Assembly (NCBI GenBank): GCA_002269645.1
Contig: NIVC01000085.1
Location: 186,001-250,000, forward strand
Direction of reading: 5' to 3'
From: Macrostomum lignano
Lineage: Eukaryota
Length of the DNA stretch: 64,000 nucleotides
Every line of letters starts with the position of its first letter. The stretch's first letter is position 1. The notes beneath the pieces were generated by a model. That model searched no databases, was not told the DNA's origin, and saw only the letters and a list, made by a program, of their open reading frames with translations. A program made the translations under genes and the position numbers. Below, piece after piece: positions 24,460-36,530 of the stretch.

Positions 24460-25280
24460 GGGCAGATTGGGGGCGGTTCTAGGGGCGTATTTGGGGCGGT
24501 TCTATGGGGCGGATTGGGGGCGGTTCTAAGGGTGGATTGGGGGAATGGGGGCGGTTCTAGGGGCGGATTGGGGCGGTTCTAGGGGTGGATTGGGGCGGTT
24601 CTAGGGGCGGATTGGGGGCGGTTCTAGGGGCGGCTTGGGGGCGGTTCTAGGGGTGGATTGGGGGCGGTTCTAGGGGCGGATTGGGGGCGGATTGGAGGCG
24701 GTTCAAGCGGCGGATTGGGGGCAGATTTAGAGGCGATTCTATGGGCGGATTGGGGGCGATCATAGGGGCGGGATTTGGGGCGACTCTAGGGGCGGGATTT
24801 GGGGCGATTCTATGGGCGGATTGGGGGCAGTTCTAGGGGCGGATTGAGGGCAGTTCTAGGGGCGGATTGGGGGCAGTTCTAGGGGCGGATTGGGGCAGTT
24901 CTAGGGGCGGATTGAGGGCAGTTCTAGGGGCGGATTGGGGGTGGGGTTCTAGGGGCGGATTGGGGGCAGTTCTAGGGGCGGATTGGGGCAGTTCTAGGGG
25001 CGGATTGGGGCAGTTCTAGGGGCGGATTGAGGGCAGTTCTAGGGGCGGATTGGGGGGTGGGGGTTCTAGGGGCGGATTGGGGGCAGTTCTAGGGGCGGAT
25101 TGGGGCAGTTCTAGGGGCGGATTGGGGGGGGTGGGGGTTCTAGGGGCGGATTGGGGGCAGTTCTAGGGGCGGATTGGGGGGTGGGGGTTCTAGGGGCGGA
25201 TTGGGGGCAGTTCTAGGGGCGGATTGGGGGGTGGGGTTCTAGGGGCGGATTGAGGGCAGTTCTAGGAGCGGATTGAGGGT
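24460..25280. repeat. About 23-bp G-rich minisatellite (GGGGCGGATTGGGGGCAGTTCTA) upstream of the LRR gene
   Basis: About 35 copies, ending about 70 bp from the acceptor/ATG. Confidence 0.95.
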
Positions 25281-26056
25281 GATTTCTGTTTTTATGGCGG
25301 TAACTAAAATAAATTTTGGATTATTTAGTTATCTTTGTGAATTTGAACTAAAATTTGCGAATTAAATCAATATAAAACTTTACTAGATACAGAGCCGCAA
25401 AACTGCAGCTTTACATTATGCCTCACTGCAGTGGCAGCAGTGACAGCGACCTAAAAATGGGTCTAAATTGTCAAACATTCGCACACAATATGCTAATATA
25501 CTCTGTATAGACTAAACAAAACAGGAAACGTTTATGATAATTGATAGAGTCATTAATTAGCTGCACGAAATTAGTATTGGCAAAAAGTTAATTTTCCACT
25601 CTCGGAAAGCAAGCCCAATTATGGAAACACACATGCAGAGCCTGAAAAGTGGAGTCTATATAGCTACTCACATTGAGTTGAGTCACTTAGGGAGCGGCAC
25701 GCATGCATGCTAGTTATTTATTGACCTCTCTCTCTATCCAACAGTTTGACCCCAGAAGCAGCAGAAGCAAGAGTGGAGCCAGGTCCCATAAGGTCGGCCT
25801 TGCGCTCACAATATTCCCTCCATAGGTTTAGAGAATTTCGTGACGAAATTAAAAAAGTAATATACTCAATCTTATATATAGAAATGGGAAGTGGCGGAGT
25901 ATCCCAAGTGTGATTCCTTTAGTTCTTCCCATATGCGGTATTTTGGCATTGAGGGTCGTGGCGCACACGCAAGGACACTTGTAATTAACTTTTTTCTGCT
26001 TTTACATTCTCAATTACAAGTCAGTGCGCGCAAATGCATTATTAACTAGATATATA

Positions 26057-27360
26057 CGAGGGATACTCCAAAAGTTTTGCAATTCAACCACTTGCGCAAG
26101 TCGCACAATCTTCAAAACCAACTCTCTGTACAATAAACATGTACATAGTCCCCACCTCAATTTTCAAGTGAATTCATACATATACGCCTGCTCAGCCCCC
26201 AGTCAAAGTCAGAGACTCCTTAACTGTACAGCTGCAGCCATGGAATTGAATCGTGAGCAGAATCGGCTACTAATTTGGTACTGCCACAAGCGAAAGCTCA
26301 CGGCTTGAGACTCATGCCGAGCTACTAGCAACATTGGAGGCTCAAGCGCCGTCATATGCTACGGTTACACGCTGGTACCGCGAGTTCCAGGCCGGCAGGA
26401 CCAGCTTTTCTGACGACCCCCGGCCCGGGAGACCTCCGACAGCAGCGACGGAGGAAAACATCGCTGCAGTGCAGGAGCCGATTCATCAGGATCCGCGAAT
26501 CACCACGGACATGCTAGCTATGAATGTCGGCATTGGATCGGCAGCGGTCGATACGATTCTACACGATCACCTGAGAGTCAGGAAGCTTTGTGCCCGATGG
26601 ATACCCCACATCCTGACAGATGCTCAGAAACAGGCCCGCAGGGAGTTCTGTCAGTTTCTCATCGATCGATATGAGCACGGGAGCCATCAGCGCCGCTCTG
26701 AGGTCATCACTGGTGATGAGACGTTTCTCTATCATTTTGACGTCGAGACAAAGCGCAGCAGTGCAGAGTGGGTGCCGAAAGGTGGTCAACGACCCCTGAA
26801 AGCAAGGCGGTCCCGGTCCCAGGGCAAGCGGATGTTTGCCATCTTCTTCGACTCACAAGGCGTGGTGGCGATGGTGAAGCTGGAGGGTCAAGCTACAGTC
26901 ACTGCTCGATGGTACACTGAAGAGTGCTTGCCAGTCGTGATCGACAGCGTGACCCAGAGGGCGCCAAGGACGGGAATGCGAGGGCAGAAACTTCACCATG
27001 ACAACGCCCCCGCCCACACGGCTGCTGCAACTCGAGCGTTCCTGGACCAAGAGGGCATTTCAACACTACCACACCCGCCCTACTCACCAGACCTCGCCCC
27101 TGCGACTTCTGGCTCTTTCCAGAAATCAAAAAGTCGCTTAGGGGGCACAGGTTTCAGTCCGACGAGGAGCTGGAGCAGGCGGCGAAGGAGGCGATTGACG
27201 GCATCCCAATTGAAGACTTCCAGGGCTTGATGAACAAGTGGCTCGGACGACGCACAAGTGTTTGCAGTTCCGGGGAGCCTACTTTGAAGGATTGTAATAG
27301 AAAAGTTTGGCAAAATTAACTTTAAATAGTTGAATTGCAAAACTTTTAGAGTATCCCTCG
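26057..27360 (+). mobile_element. Full-length mariner (DD34D) transposon, 1304 bp
   Basis: 32-bp TIRs CGAGGGATACTC(C/T)AAAAGTTTTGCAATTCAAC at 26057-26088 and 27329-27360 (1 mismatch). TA target duplication on both sides. Confidence 0.97.
26240..27297 (+). pseudogene. Mariner transposase with three frameshifts (about 26306, 27100, 27255)
   Basis: MELNREQNR start; HTH region APSYATVTRWY; WIPHILT, TGDET, HHDNA, YSPDLAP(C)D with 34 residues between D2 and D3. C-terminus KCLQFRGAYFEGL is recovered after frame corrections. Confidence 0.93.
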
Positions 27361-27479
27361 TATATCTCTAGACTCAGCAGTTAATTCTGCGCGGGTGTCA
27401 ACAATTTTATTTTTTTAATTACACACAGACTTAGCTGAGGGCAGATCACCGATTTGGGTCAGTTCTCCAGTCTCTATTA

Positions 27480-27910
27480 TTGAGAAATCCTATCTATCAT
27501 TGGATATCTTATCTCTATCCTTGAGAAATCTAATCTATTATTAGATATCTTATCTCTATCCTTGAGAGAGCAATCTAATCTATCACTGGATATCCTATCT
27601 CTATCCTTGAGAAATCTAATCTATCATTTGATATCTTATCTCTATCCTTGAGAAATCTAATCTAATCATTGGATATCCTATCTATATCCTTGAAAAATCA
27701 AATCTATCATCGGATATCCAATCTCTATCTTTTAGAAATCTAATCTATCACTGGATCCAGTGATGATTCTATCTCTCTCCTAGATATCCTATTTCTATCC
27801 TTGAGAAATCTATTCCATCGCTGGATATGTAATCTATTCTTGGATATCTGATCTCTATAATCGAGAATCTATTCTTTATCCTTGGATATCTAATCTCTCT
27901 CCTTGCGTAT
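27480..27910. repeat. About 41-bp degenerate minisatellite (TATCTCTATCCTTGAGAAATCTAATCTATCATTGGATATCT)
   Basis: About 10 diverged copies. Confidence 0.88.
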
Positions 27911-28714
27911 CCAATCTCTCCTCTACTTTTACATCTACTCTCTCTTCTTCCATAATCTCTTTCTCCCCTTAACTCTGTCGTTCATTCTCTCCCCTCTCCC
28001 ACAACATTTCTTCTCCTTTCTAAAACCCACACCAGGCAGGCAGCCAGCATATTTTACAGCTCTTTTATCTGGCATATTTGGGTCATAGATTCATGGCATG
28101 GCACTGTTTAGGACAGGATTGAAGGAGCAACAGAGAGACAGGTAGTTAAGAGAATCAGAAGCTGCACAAATTGAAAAGTTTGTCAGTGATAAGAGTTGGC
28201 AAGCATGACTGCAATCGCCTATAGAATACACTATACTGTACAACTGTACAAAGGTAATAAAAGTTTCACAGTGCTGCATCACATCACATCGCATCATACA
28301 CTACACACAGATAGCATGTCTTTCTGAACTTTCTGACTATGTTGTGCAGCTGACTGTTTAACACGCGGTTTGCAGGGCAAGAAGATAAATGCTGAAGGAT
28401 GATCAACATTTTACTGCACCGTATAACGAGTGCCATCAATGCCCTAGCAACCCATTTCTAATCTGTTGTGTATATGGTCATCACACCTTTCAAACTTGAC
28501 AAACACCAGTTTAAAGCATCGATGCCAATTTCGGCGATTCCATCAGTTATAAAGTTTGAAATTTGACAAACTTCAGTATAAGAGAGACTAGAAGCGACAC
28601 CTGTTGTAAATATCTGCGATGAATCTAGTTAATACAATCAACTGCAGCTAGTGAGATTTTGTTTCGCTTTGATCTGCATCCTGCGTGTCTCTACATATTA
28701 TATAATAGACTAAC

Positions 28715-29355
28715 ATCTATAGACGCGTCAATAACAAACTAGACCAGGTTTATTAGATGTGCCGTTAACAAACTAGACCAGATCTATAGATGTGTCGTTA
28801 ACAGACTAGAACAGATCTATAGACATTTCATTCAGACTAGAACAGACCTATAGACATGTTATTTTGACTAGACCAGATCTATAGATGTGTCATTTACAAT
28901 CTAGACCAGGTCTATAGACGTGTCGTTAACAAACTAGACCAGATCTATAGATGTGTCGTTAACAAACGAGACCAGATCTATAGATGCGCCGTTAACAAAC
29001 GAGACCAGATCTATAGATGTGTCGTTAACAAACGAGACCAGATCTATAGATGCGCCGTTAACAAACGAGACCAGATCTATAGATGTGTCGTTAACAAACT
29101 AGACCAGGTCTATAGATGTGTCGTTAACAAACTAGACCAGATCTATAGATGTGCCGTTAACAAACTAGACCAGGTCTATAGACGTGTCGTTAACAAACTA
29201 GACCAGATCTATAGATGTGTCGTTAACAAACGAGACCAGATCTATAGATGTGCCGTTAACAAACGAGACCAGATCTATAGATGTGCCGTTAACAAACGAG
29301 ACCAGATCTATAGATGTGTCGTTAACAAACTAGACCAGGTCTATAGACGTGTCGT
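28715..29355. repeat. 33-bp minisatellite (TATAGATGTGTCGTTAACAAACTAGACCAGATC)
   Basis: About 19 copies. Confidence 0.95.
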
Positions 29356-29424
29356 CTACAGACGGGATCTCAAGCGAGACGGCCCGCCGGAGGCATTTGC
29401 AGTGTGCCAGTGTGCAGGTTAAAC

Positions 29425-29680
29425 TTAAGTGGCGCAAGACACGGGGAGCTGCATGGGCAGAAAAAAATCATTGAGGAAATCAAAGGCTAGAATAGCTAAT
29501 TGATTTTTGTCTTCTTCTTTCAGGAAAGGCAGGGGGCGCAAGAAACGAAATAGGGATGGATCGAGTATTTGAGATGGGAACAGGACAGACTCGGCATGGG
29601 TGGAGCTCCGGGATTCAGAGAGTGCTTGCTTCCTTTTCCTCAAGTCCAATTTGAGAAATCCCCTCCTCCCTTGCAATATC
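29425..29680 (-). mobile_element. Possible decayed DIRS tyrosine-recombinase fragment
   Basis: SRSSTHAESVL...DPSLFRFLRPLPFLKEEDKNQ resembles the DIRS YR segment RRVSELHALS..P..+.F....LRP.P.FL.K...NQ. Confidence 0.3.
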
Positions 29681-30122
29681 GTCTCTCCTTATACTTTTCC
29701 TCCTGCAGTTTACTCTTGAAGAAGTATCTAGGACTATAGGAAGGGAAAAAGCACTTCACCGGCAGTAGATATTCGCGGAATTCGAAATAGCCTGCAGGAG
29801 CTGGACAAAACTCCCATGAGTCCCAGAAAGGCAATAAAATTTAAAATTTCCCCCATTGGTGAAGGATAAACGCGACGACCGTCTCTTCATCATCTTAAGT
29901 AGCCATCATCAGCTTAAAAGCATTTTTTTCAATTTCCAAACCTTCCGTCCCAAATGGTGTGTGAGATTAATAGATAATGTGAGGATTTGTGGGGAACAAC
30001 TTCGAACAAGTGCATGAAAACAACTTCTCTTTCAAGTGTTTTTTGTCTGACTGAACCTGTCAATCACTTTATATATAGTGAAGAATGTCGAACTGCAGGA
30101 ATAGTACACAATCAATTGCAAA

Positions 30123-30199
30123 CAGGAGCGGATTGAGGGTCTCTTGACTCTCTTCTGGGGGTGGTCAGCGACCCCTTGACCCCCCTGTATCCGCCATTG
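30123..30199. mobile_element. 77-bp hAT-like micro-MITE
   Basis: Imperfect TIRs CAGGAGCGGATTGAGGG / CCCCTGTATCCGCCATTG. Flanks ATTGCAAA and ATTACAAG match at 6 of 8 bases (decayed 8-bp TSD). Confidence 0.45.
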
Positions 30200-30402
30200 A
30201 TTACAAGTTTAGCATATCAGCTTATGGATCGAATGAGAACTATAGTTTTAAAACTTAAAAGCATAGATTCCACGCACTACGAGTATTAAGACTTGTCAAC
30301 ATGGCTCACTAATGGCTTGAGTCATCTTGCCAATCGCACTGGACTGGAGTGAGTCATACAGGTCAAGGCAAATTCGAAATCCAAGCAACTTGCACTATAA
30401 AT

Positions 30403-30985
30403 TGACTCTATAGCTTCCAATTCATGTGACTCTATAGCTTCCAATTCATGTGACTCTATAGCTTCCAATTCATGTGACTCTATAGCTTCCAATTCATGTG
30501 ACTCTATAGCTTCCAATTCATGTGACTCTATAGCTTCCAATTCATGTGACTCTATAGCTTCCAATTCATGTGACTCTATAGCTTCCAATTTATGTGACTC
30601 TATAGCTTCCAATTCATGTGACTCTATAGCTTCCAATTTATGTGACTCTATAGCTTCCAATTCATGTGACTCTATAGCTTCCAATTCATGTGACTCTATA
30701 GCTTCCAATTCATGTGACTCTATAGCTTCCAATTCATGTGACTCTATAGCTTCCAATTTATGTGACTCTATAGCTTCCAATTCATGTGACTCTATAGCTT
30801 CCAATTCATGTGACTCTATAGCTTCCAATTCATGTGACTCTATAGCTTCCAATTCATGTGACTCTATAGCTTCCAATTCATGTGACTCTATAGCTTCCAA
30901 TTTATGTGACTCTATAGCTTCCAATTCATGTGACTCTATAGCTTCCAATTTATGTGACTCTATAGCTTCCAATTTATGTGACTCT
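30403..30985. repeat. 24-bp minisatellite (TGACTCTATAGCTTCCAATTCATG)
   Basis: About 24 near-identical copies; only a C/T polymorphism seen. Confidence 0.97.
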
Positions 30986-31114
30986 GCACACACGTGAATG
31001 CATTTGACTTAGTATAATGTTGTATATAAAGTAATATAACTGTAAACCCGTCTACAGCTGTTTCATAATCTCTCCTAATCCTATGAACCTCTTTACTCAT
31101 ATGATTTTTTTACT

Positions 31115-31745
31115 TCCTTTCTAATGACCCTTGCTCTTCCTCCCCAATGACCCCCCTGCTCTTCCTCCACAATGACCCCCTGCTCTTCCTCCCCAACGAC
31201 CCCCTGCTCTTCCTCCCCAATGACCCCTGCTCTTCCTCCCCAATGACCCCCTGCTCTTCCTCCCCAATGACCCCCTGCTCTTCCTCCCCTGCTCTTCGCC
31301 TCCAATGACCCCCTGCTCTTCGCCTCCAACGACCCCCTGCTCTGCCTCCAATGACCCCTGCTGTGCCTCCCCAATGACCCCCTGCTCTGCCTCCAATGAC
31401 CCCTGCTGTGCCTCCCCAATGACCCCCTGCTCTGCCTCCAATGACCCCTGCTGTGCCTCCCCAATGACCCCCTGCTCTGCCTCCAATGACCCCTGCTGTG
31501 CCTCCCCAATGACCCCCTGCTCTGCCTCCAATGACCCCCTGCTGTGCCTTCAATGACCCCTGCTGTGCCTCCCCAATGACCCCCCCCTGCTGTGCCTCCC
31601 CAATGACCCCCTGCTCTGCCTCCCCAATGACCCCGCTCTGCCTCCCCAATGACATCTTATCTTCCTCACCAATGACCCCCTTCCTCTCCAATGACCCCAG
31701 CTCTTCCTCCCATTATGACCTGGTTCTTCCTCCCCATGAGATGAC
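31115..31745. repeat. About 22-25-bp C-rich minisatellite (CCCCAATGACCCCCTGCTCTTCCT)
   Basis: Tandem copies. Confidence 0.93.
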
Positions 31746-34139
31746 CTCGGCCCTATAAACACACGCAGCACACACATTTCATCAAGACTAAAACGCAATT
31801 ATATTCTAAGGTTACAATTATCATATGTTTTGTTTTCTTGTGAAGCAAAGTAGCTATCAAATATCATTTTAAAAGCAGTGAAGCTTGATCTTTGACATTT
31901 AATATAGAACTGTTATTGTTTATACTATACTTAAATACTATAAAAGTAAAGTAGATCCAACTAGAAGCCAGCTGACCTAACAGAACAGAAGTGACCAAAG
32001 CAGAGCAGGCACCAAAGGAGCCAACCAAAAGTCAATACAGGCACCGGTTGCATTACAAGAATCACTGAGCTGAATAACTACCTTTTTGATTTCTCCCTGA
32101 ACTCATTATTTTGACCTTGGGAAACCCTCTTCGACTTCGGGTTATTTTTCTAATTTGACCATTTCGCTAATAACTTCTTTCTTTAGCATCCTGCTTTTCC
32201 AGTATTGAGGACAGCCTCTGGTGGATATTTTAGTCTTAGAAGTATTTATATTTATTTTTGGAGAACCGGGATATAAACGGATTAAACGGATAACCAATGA
32301 ATCAATCTATTTGGAAACATTGCACAAGTTGTAGCTATCTGTCTTACCTCGAGCTATTTGTCCACAACTCCTGGAACTGTCGAGATGAAGAAGACTGAAC
32401 TGGATGGATGTAGAATAACAATCAGATAAGCTTAGATAAGCTGCCGGTTCAGTTCAACTGCTGACATGTTTGGCTATTGCATGGCAAGATAATTTAATCT
32501 AAACACTTCTTTTATAAAACCAAGACGCTTTTCTTTTTAACTTTAAATGCTGAATTTTTGGCAGAGAGAAGCTAGCTGTCTCCGAGTCCTGCCTGTCGGT
32601 CTTCAGAACTTAAACTAATTGCTCAGTTAATATCCAGGGCCTTAATATAAAGGAGGGAATAGAGTTCTTTAACCATAGAAGGGAGGTCCGCGGGCTCCTC
32701 CTCCAAGGTCCCGTCCTTTTCTGTCTGAGCTAGACCCCGGGGGGAGAAAGGTCTGCCCCTACCACCCCACCACCAACCCCTGCCGGCTCTGAAACTTGAT
32801 TGTACACTGTCTGCCGGCTGCCCGTGAGACTTGAACGCTCATTGGCTGAGCCAAAACCCCTCTTATTTTTCAGAGTGGCGCCAATTCTTCACCCCCAAAA
32901 CGGTCCGGCCCCCTCCCCCGCCACCCCTTTCACTGTCGCGCCTTCTGAATTGAATAAGTAATTACCCCAGCCCCCCCCCCGACCATTTTAAATGGCCCCC
33001 CGCCCGCGCGGGACTTATACGGTTTTAAGAGTTTCAAAGACCTTTTTAGTCTCAGCTTGATTTCTAAGACAAAATGCTAAACAGCCCTATAATAAAATGA
33101 AACAAACCCTAACTTCTCTCTTCTATCTTCTGACTACTCTAACCTGTCAAATTCTAATTCTACTAATACTAACCCAAAGCCAAGCTAAGCCCTATTTTAC
33201 TATTCTAATATAGAAAGCTTAATGACCGCTCAGAACTTTATTAGACAGTTTCCCTTTCTGCACCCCCTCAGCCCTCGGCTCTCCGCCCTCCCAGGGAATC
33301 CTATTGGCTCGCTGCGCTCCCATTTGGTGAAACAAATAGGATTCCCTGGCCCTCCCGCCGCGCCGCCCTCCACCATGCAGGCCCGTAAGCTATTTTTCTT
33401 TCTCAACACCCCATAGCTAGAAAGCAACAAAAAGAATTAAGAAACAAAAAACTGACACTTGTCTGACTATTCAAGCAGCGCAAGAGGCCAAAAAAGAGAC
33501 AGATGCGCGCCCAAAAGGAGAGGGGACCCTGGGCTGGCCCACCTTCCGAGTTTTGCTATTTAAGCAGCGAAAAAAGCAATAAGCAATGAATTAAGCCTTG
33601 ATGAGAGTATGGAGGGGCTCCTTGCAGACTCAGTTTGGTCTTCTTGGCGTGGTGTTTAAGAATAATTTTGACGTTTTTCTTTTGTTGTCGTGACTCATTC
33701 ATTCATTGCCTGGCCCACCCCCCCCCCAGCCGTCTTTTAGCGTCTTTTTGCCTCCTTTCAAAGCCGGACTGCAGACACATGCCAAAGCATATTGGCAACC
33801 CCAGCAACAGCAATAGAAGAAGCCTTTGGTTGGTCCCGCAGAAAGCAATTGTATAGCAGAAAGCTGCAATACCAGTTTGACAGGCTTTCTTTTCGAATTT
33901 TTGACAGCAGCACGCAGCAGCTTACTGCCTCTGGACTTAAGCTTAATTCATTTCTCACTTAATAGCCATACTCCTAGCTAAAATGGAAACTATAAACTCA
34001 ACATCAACATTCAAAAAGACAGATTATACTCGTAATACAGAAAGTCAATAAAACAAAGCGAATCTGTTTTGCTCGACATAATCCCTAATCGTGACCTCAA
34101 TGAGCAACTCTTACCTCTGAACTGCTCCATTTCTCTTTG

Positions 34140-35070
34140 GCTTCTCTCCTTCTCCCTCTCCCTCTCCCCCTCCCTCTCCCTCTCCCTCTCCCTCTCCCTC
34201 TCCCTCTCCCTCTCCCTCTTCCTCTCCCTCTCCCTCTCCCTCTCCCTCTCCCTCTCCCTCTCCCTCTCCCTCTCCTCTTCCTCTCCTTCTCCCTCTCCCT
34301 CTCCTTCTCCCTCTCCCTCTCCTCTCCCTCTCCCTCTCCCTCTCCCTCTCCCTCTCCCTCTCCCTCTCCCTCTCCCTCTCCTCTCCTCTCCCTCTCCCTC
34401 TCCCTCTCCCTCTCCCTCTCCCTCTCCCTCTCCCTCTCCCTCTCCCTCTCCCTCTCCCTCTCCCTCTCCCTCTCCCTCTCCCTCTCCCTCTCCCTCTCCC
34501 TCTCCTCTCCCTCTCCCTCTCCCTCTCCTCTTCCTCTCCCTCTCCCTCTCCCTCTCCCTCTCCCTCTCCTTCTCGCTTTCCTTCTCTCTACCCTCTCTCT
34601 ATGCTCTCTCTACCCTCTCCCTCTCCCTCTCCCTCTCCCTCTCCCTCTCCCTCTCCCTCTCCCTCCCCATTTCCCTCTCCATCTCCCTCTCCATCTCCCT
34701 CTCCGTCTCCCTTTCCCTCTCCCTCTCCCTCTCCCTCTCCCTCTCCCTCTCCCTCTTCCTCTCCCTCTCCCTCTCCCTCTCTCTCTTCCTCTCCCTCTCC
34801 CTCTCCCTCTCCCTCCCCCTCTCCCTCTCCCTCTCCATCTCCCTCTCCATCTCCATCTCCCTCTCCATCTCCCTCTCCATCTCCCTCTCCCTCTCCCTCT
34901 CCCTCTCCCTCTCCCTCTCCCTCTCCCTCTCCCTCTCCCTCTCCCTCTCCCTCTCCCTCTCCCTCTCCCTCTCCCTCTCGCTTTCCTTCTCTCTACCCTC
35001 TCTCTCTACGCTCTCTCTACCCTCTCCTTACCCTCTCTCTACCATCTCTTCCCTCTCTCTATCCTCTCGC
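34140..35070. repeat. (CTCTCC)n microsatellite
   Basis: About 930 bp of hexamer repeat with minor variants. Confidence 0.97.
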
Positions 35071-35479
35071 TACCCTCTTTTTCCAATCATTGCAAACTGG
35101 AAAAAAGCTATAGCTAACACATTCCCTTTGGCATGATAGGAGTTTAGCCATAATGACCACACTTCCCTATCCCTATACACTTTATTCCCTCCAAACACTG
35201 CATGCTGCACACAACATCCCCCCACCTTGCATGCACATCTGCAGGAACTGTCAATTGTTAAAGCATGAATCTTATAGAGCATTATAATAGCCTCAATAAA
35301 TTATCCAATCCGTTAGATGGAGCTCTGCAGGTATAAAGCGCTATTGACGATTGAGAGAGAACAGGGAGTGTGGCCCGTTCACCTCATGTGACTGACTGCA
35401 TTGCTGTTTTCCTGCTCTATATTCCACAAAAAACTCCCCAACATCATCACATGTAGCAACTGTCCAAGCCAGATTCTCA

Positions 35480-35700
35480 GGTGTGATGGGGAGACGCGCG
35501 ACCATGCAGTCATGTTGGCGTTGGCAGCTCCTGTTCTGCTCAATTTTTCAGGTGCTATGAGCAGCCAAGGGCGGGCAACCCCCCTTCCCTCATTGTGCCG
35601 CGATTGTACTTCACGCACTGAGAGTGAAGCATGCAAATGGAAACAGGATGGATTGTCAGAACCATCGCAACTATAGCCTGATGGGCTTTGGACAACCCAA
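35480..35700 (-). mobile_element. Possible decayed non-LTR retrotransposon RT C-terminal fragment
   Basis: HQAIVAMVLTIHP...YNRGTMREGGLPAL resembles the RK.LT...HHP...LYLP.KEGG.GL region of RLE-type non-LTR elements. Confidence 0.25.
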
Positions 35701-36001
35701 ACGCTCGGGTGAGAGTCTAAAAAATTCATAAAAATCAATTTAGATTTCACAAAGTTCTACCATAGACAAATTTAGTCGAGAAAGTGTAATTTTCGTCAGA
35801 CTTAGGCTTGTTAAAGCTCCACGAATTAAAGCTTGGGGAATGTCTATGGTCAACATAGAAGGGGAAATGTCAATGGTGAAACGCCGAGACTGTCTATGGC
35901 AAATCCTTAGTATAGGCGCTGTGCTAACTGAAACATGAAAATTGAGATATCATCGGACAGCTGAATTAGGAGGACGCTATAGAAACTCTTAGAAACATCT
36001 G

Positions 36002-36530
36002 GGGCCTATTTCATAAAGCACTTGTCGGACAAATTACAAGTGACAAGTGACAATTCCTCAAAATAATGCGTTTCATAAAAACAAGCTACAACTTGACAAA
36101 TCGACAAGTTACAAGTGACAAGTGACAAGCGAAATTTGACAAATTACAAGCGCTCCTTCGGGGGTTTCGTCCATAGACATGCACTAAGCTGGATGCTTCT
36201 GTGAGAAAATACTTCCTCTTGTCTTGTGTTTTTGACAAGTCGCTGTGACACTTGTAGCTTTATTAAAGCTGTGTATTCAAGCCCGAAAAGAACGCAGAGG
36301 CCGTCTTGAAAGCAAGTCTGTCTAAAACTCAGATCCTAAAATTGTGGTCTGTGGTCTAAAGGCTGGATCGATTTCATATGGTATCTCAACCATAGACATA
36401 AAATTGAGTTATTTTTAACACGAGCAAGGACCCATGTTTATGAAACCAAAATCGTTGACACTTGTCACTTGTCACTTGTCATTTGTCGACTTGTCACTTG
36501 TCACTTGTAGTTTCTTTGTGAAATCGGCCC
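36002..36530. mobile_element. PIF/Harbinger-type MITE, 529 bp
   Basis: TIRs GGGCCTATTTCATAAAG / CTTTGTGAAATCGGCCC (2 mismatches), 3-bp CTG duplication at 35999-36001 and 36531-36533, and inverted subterminal ACAAGTG arrays. Confidence 0.72.

Noticed and set aside
25690-25790. Signal-peptide-like stretch on the minus strand (LWDLAPLLLLLLG) as an extra first exon of the LRR gene
   Set aside because: No in-frame ATG, no convincing donor, and exon 1 already encodes a signal peptide.
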